From an uncultured Chloroflexia bacterium (GTDB taxonomy: Bacteria > Chloroflexota > Anaerolineae > B4-G1 > SLSP01), in NCBI GenBank assembly GCA_963751345.1, contig CAVVUS010000031.1, forward strand, positions 1 through 21,743: a DNA stretch of 21,743 bases. Direction: 5' to 3'. Position numbers and translations under genes: made by a program. The first letter of the stretch is position 1. Each line of letters begins with the position of its first letter. Below the pieces are notes generated by a model. The model was not told the DNA's origin. It ran no database searches and saw only the letters and a program-made list of their open reading frames with translations. This document shows positions 18,871 through 21,743 of the stretch, piece after piece.

Positions 18871-20117
18871 CTACTCGATCAAACTCACGGCTTTGACGTC
18901 ACCGGGATTCGCAGGATCACCTGTTGTCCATCCGGGTGCGGTGAAACACTCGGGCGGGGGAGTATGATCCGCTGTGCACGGTATGGTGCCCACTATTACC
19001 GGGGCCGGGGCGGTTTTTGTGTCGACAGGAAACGCGCGCAGGTAGCCTGCTGTGATCCATTTGTCCTCGTCTTCGTGGTAGACTCCGACTTGCAGGCACA
19101 AGAGCTCATCAATGTAGTAGGCCTCGTTGCCTCCGCTGTGAGAGTCCGTGATCTTGCAGACGTTGAGATCTGGGTCAGTGTCGGAGTCACCCTCGGAGAT
19201 CGTGATGGTCCCGGGTACATTTTTCCCCGAGTAGTCAGGATCGTAGAGTGGTATATGTACGATGCGACCGTCGGTGATCTTCTCGGCTGCGATCCAGCCT
19301 GAGGAAGCTACGCCGAGCCGACGCCCCCCGCATAGCAGTCGGGTAGGCTGAGATAGGGCGTGCACGCTTCGCCGTGAGCCTCGCCGGCAATCCGGTACTT
19401 GATCTCATCGGCGCCGACGCCGGCGCTGTCGTTGCCCTCACAGGGATCGTACTGCAACAGACCGGCGGTGAAATCGACCCATGCGGCCCGGTCGAGCCGG
19501 TACATCTTGGGCACATAGTTGGCGTTGCAGTCCAGGTACTCGAGCACATCATCCTTATTCTTGTCCTTGTACAACGTGCAGCAGTCGAGCCCTCCGTCGG
19601 TTGGGTTGCCGCAGTTGATCTGGTTTGAGCCTTGCCAGATGATAACCCTGTCCCCACACCCGATCTGGCTCTGGTCAACTGCCTGATCCCAGCGATTCTT
19701 GTCGAATCCCACAGGCCACAGGTCGCCAACCGCCTCGGACTTTCCGCACACCGCTGTCGCGTCGGCATCGACCGGGATCTCGTCGAAGCCAATCAGACCC
19801 GCGAAGTAGGTGGCATAGGTCCGGGCGGCGACGACGGTCACGGTCGTGGGGGCTGTTACTGTGACAAGAGCGCCTGCGGCACCATTTCTGTTGATGGTGT
19901 AATCAAGGGCTACGCTCTCTGCGTTGGCTTCAGACCCAAAACACATCTCCCGCGCGCCAGCCAGCGCGCCGGCATCAGCCGCGTTCTGCATCGCTCGTCG
20001 CTCCTGGTACACACCACCGACGTCGACGGCCAGAGCGACGAACGCAAGGAGCGCGAGGAGCGCGACGGCCACGACCACCAATACCTGCCCGTATCGGGGC
20101 TCAGTCTCTTGCATCAC
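18871..20117 (-). CDS. TadG-related Flp/Tad pilus assembly protein with Cys-rich C-terminal domain; frameshift near 19320-19330
   Basis: GQVLVVVAVALLALLAFVALAVDVGGVYQERRAMQNAADAGALAGAREMC and TYFAGLIG. ORFs 19308-20117 and 18871-19365 join at a G-run. SD AAGGAG. Confidence 0.8.
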
Positions 20118-20174
20118 TGGGTAACTCTCCTTCGTCTCTCACTGTGTACCACAATCCGGTGTGCGAGCCCAACA

Positions 20175-20621
20175 CTAATTGCCAAAGATCACCATCTCGG
20201 TAGAACTCCGAATCGGGAACTCCGGGAGGCCGATCAGACCGCCGATAAAGGTGGTGAAAGTGTACTGGACAGTCACGGAGATAGGGTCGCCGCCGGCCAG
20301 GCCCTGGCTGGCCCCGATACTGATGGTTGTGTTGTCCTCGGTTAGGTCCATCCCGTTGTTCGCCGCGCCCTGTTTGACTGCCGTCTCGATGATGTCAACC
20401 GCTGGCACACAGACCCCTTCTTGTCACAGGTCGTAGGTATGTGTGATGCCCGCCGCGCCCCTTCTCGCGATGCGTTGGTGATGACAATGTAGGTGTGGAA
20501 CGCCCGACCCATATCGACGACGCCCATCAGCAGGATCGCAAGCAGCGGCAGCACCAGCGCCATCTCGACCAGGCTTGGCCACGCTCCTATGCCTCCGAAG
20601 CTCTACAGTCGTTCTCCTCAT
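20175..20621 (-). CDS. tadE: TadE-like pseudopilin; frameshifted
   Basis: RGQ/SLVEMALVLPLLAILLMGVVDMGRAFHTYIVITNASREGARRAS, continuing in another frame to GDPISVTVQYTFTTFIGGLIG...EMVIFGN. It is paralogous to 17983-18486. Confidence 0.75.
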
Positions 20622-20650
20622 TCTCGTCTTTCCCGCCCTCATACTCTTGT

Positions 20651-21635
20651 TCAGGTCAATATAGCCTTGCCGTCGACGAGACGCTCGCGCACGAAGTCGC
20701 CCTGCGGCACGATGCGGAAGTGAGCGGCGTCCAGGGCAAACTCCATATCGACGGCGTGACGCCCGCCCGGTTCTTCTCCACGCTTAACACGACCCAGCCG
20801 CGCATCGTCTCGGCGTCGGATAGGTTATAGATCAGGTGCTCGCGGCTGACGATGTCGTACTTGCTGTTGAGGACCAGCCCTATGTCGGTTTCGTATTGAA
20901 GGGCCGAGCTCCCCCGCAGGTCGGACAGCCGCATCCGCTGCGATTGCAGCCCAGCCGGTCGGCCGCCGCGACGGCGATGACCTGGATGCCCTCCGAGAGC
21001 GCCAGATCCTTGAGTCCGTGGGTGAGATAGGTCGTGATCTCGTCCTCGGTGCGCAGCAGGTCGCGGTTCACCGGCACCTTCTGCAGGTAGTCGACGATCA
21101 CGGCGGTGTGCCCGTCGGGATCCGACTGCATTGACCGGGCCCACTGCTGGATCTCTTGAAGCGAGGTGTAGACGCCGCTGGCCTTGGCCAGGATCAGCCG
21201 ATCGGCGTAGCCGTCAATCCGGGCAATGAGGTCGTGGTAGCGGGCATCCTCGCGCAACTGAGCGATGACGCCGCTCGTCTCGATGGGGTTGAAAGAGAGC
21301 TGGCTCAGCTTGCGCAACGTGAGGGCACTGTCGCGATCGCCGGCTTCCGCGCTCTCCAGGCAGAGGAGCCGCGTGAGCAGATGGGCTCGGTCGTGCTCAT
21401 AGCAGATGTACATCGCCTTGTTCTGCTCGGCGGAGACCACGAAGTTGCGCGCGATCTGGAGGGCCAAAATCGTCTTCCCCACACCATACGGCCCGCCGAT
21501 GACGGCCAGTTCGCCCGGACGCAATCCGCCGTTGAGGATGTCGTCCAGGGGGCTGAACCCCGTGGCCATGGGGCGGAACTGGGACAGGCGGCCGCTCTGG
21601 GAGAGCATCTCGAACTCTTCCATTACCCGGGTCAC
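20651..21635 (-). CDS. DnaB-like (SF4/RecA-fold) ATPase consisting of the C-terminal helicase domain only; frameshifts near 20950 and 20765
   Basis: TGFSPLDDILNGGLRPGELAVIGG, Walker A GPYGVGKT, YICYE, Walker B VIVDYLQ, RLSDLRGSSALQYETDIGLVL and VEKNRAG. The corrected tail RHAVDMEFALDAAHFRIVPQGDFVRERLVDGKAILT ends at TGA 20651. Confidence 0.75.
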
Positions 21636-21743
21636 CGACGCGGGTCCCGCGGCGCCTCACTTAGCCGTTTGCTGGTGCTGGGATTCCAGCCAACTTCGTT
21701 CCAGCGCGTCCATTGTGTTCCCTCCCGGAACCGCTGAAGCGGC

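Noticed and set aside
20651-21635. Replicative dnaB or a prophage/plasmid replication module
   Set aside because: It lacks the DnaB N-terminal domain, and no primase, integrase or phage genes are nearby.

Overview
GC-rich bacterial window, probably Chloroflexota (Anaerolineae-like). That call is inferred from the '(Y/V)(L/F)(L/V)PL(V/L)' motifs on secreted proteins, the GTAG-type REPs and the TadE/TadG pairs. From left to right: a PelA/GH166-like hydrolase divergent from two GH114-family (TM1410/Ega3-like) genes holding three near-identical catalytic domains; a secreted M23 peptidase with PKD domains; a BNR/sialidase-like protein; a DUF1576-like membrane protein; an internally deleted GNAT; an MBL-fold hydrolase; a small membrane-anchored protein; a composite hairpin/17-mer repeat array; a PFL-family glycyl radical enzyme with an unusual GCNW Cys loop and a diverged internal duplication; a REP-rich spacer; and a HExxH metallopeptidase-like protein. 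The right end is a minus-strand block: a DnaB C-terminal-domain-only ATPase, two TadE+TadG-like pairs with highly variable Cys-rich C-termini, and two complementary truncated TadG fragments. About half of the genes carry 1-nt frameshifts, most likely uncorrected long-read errors, so pseudogene calls need caution.
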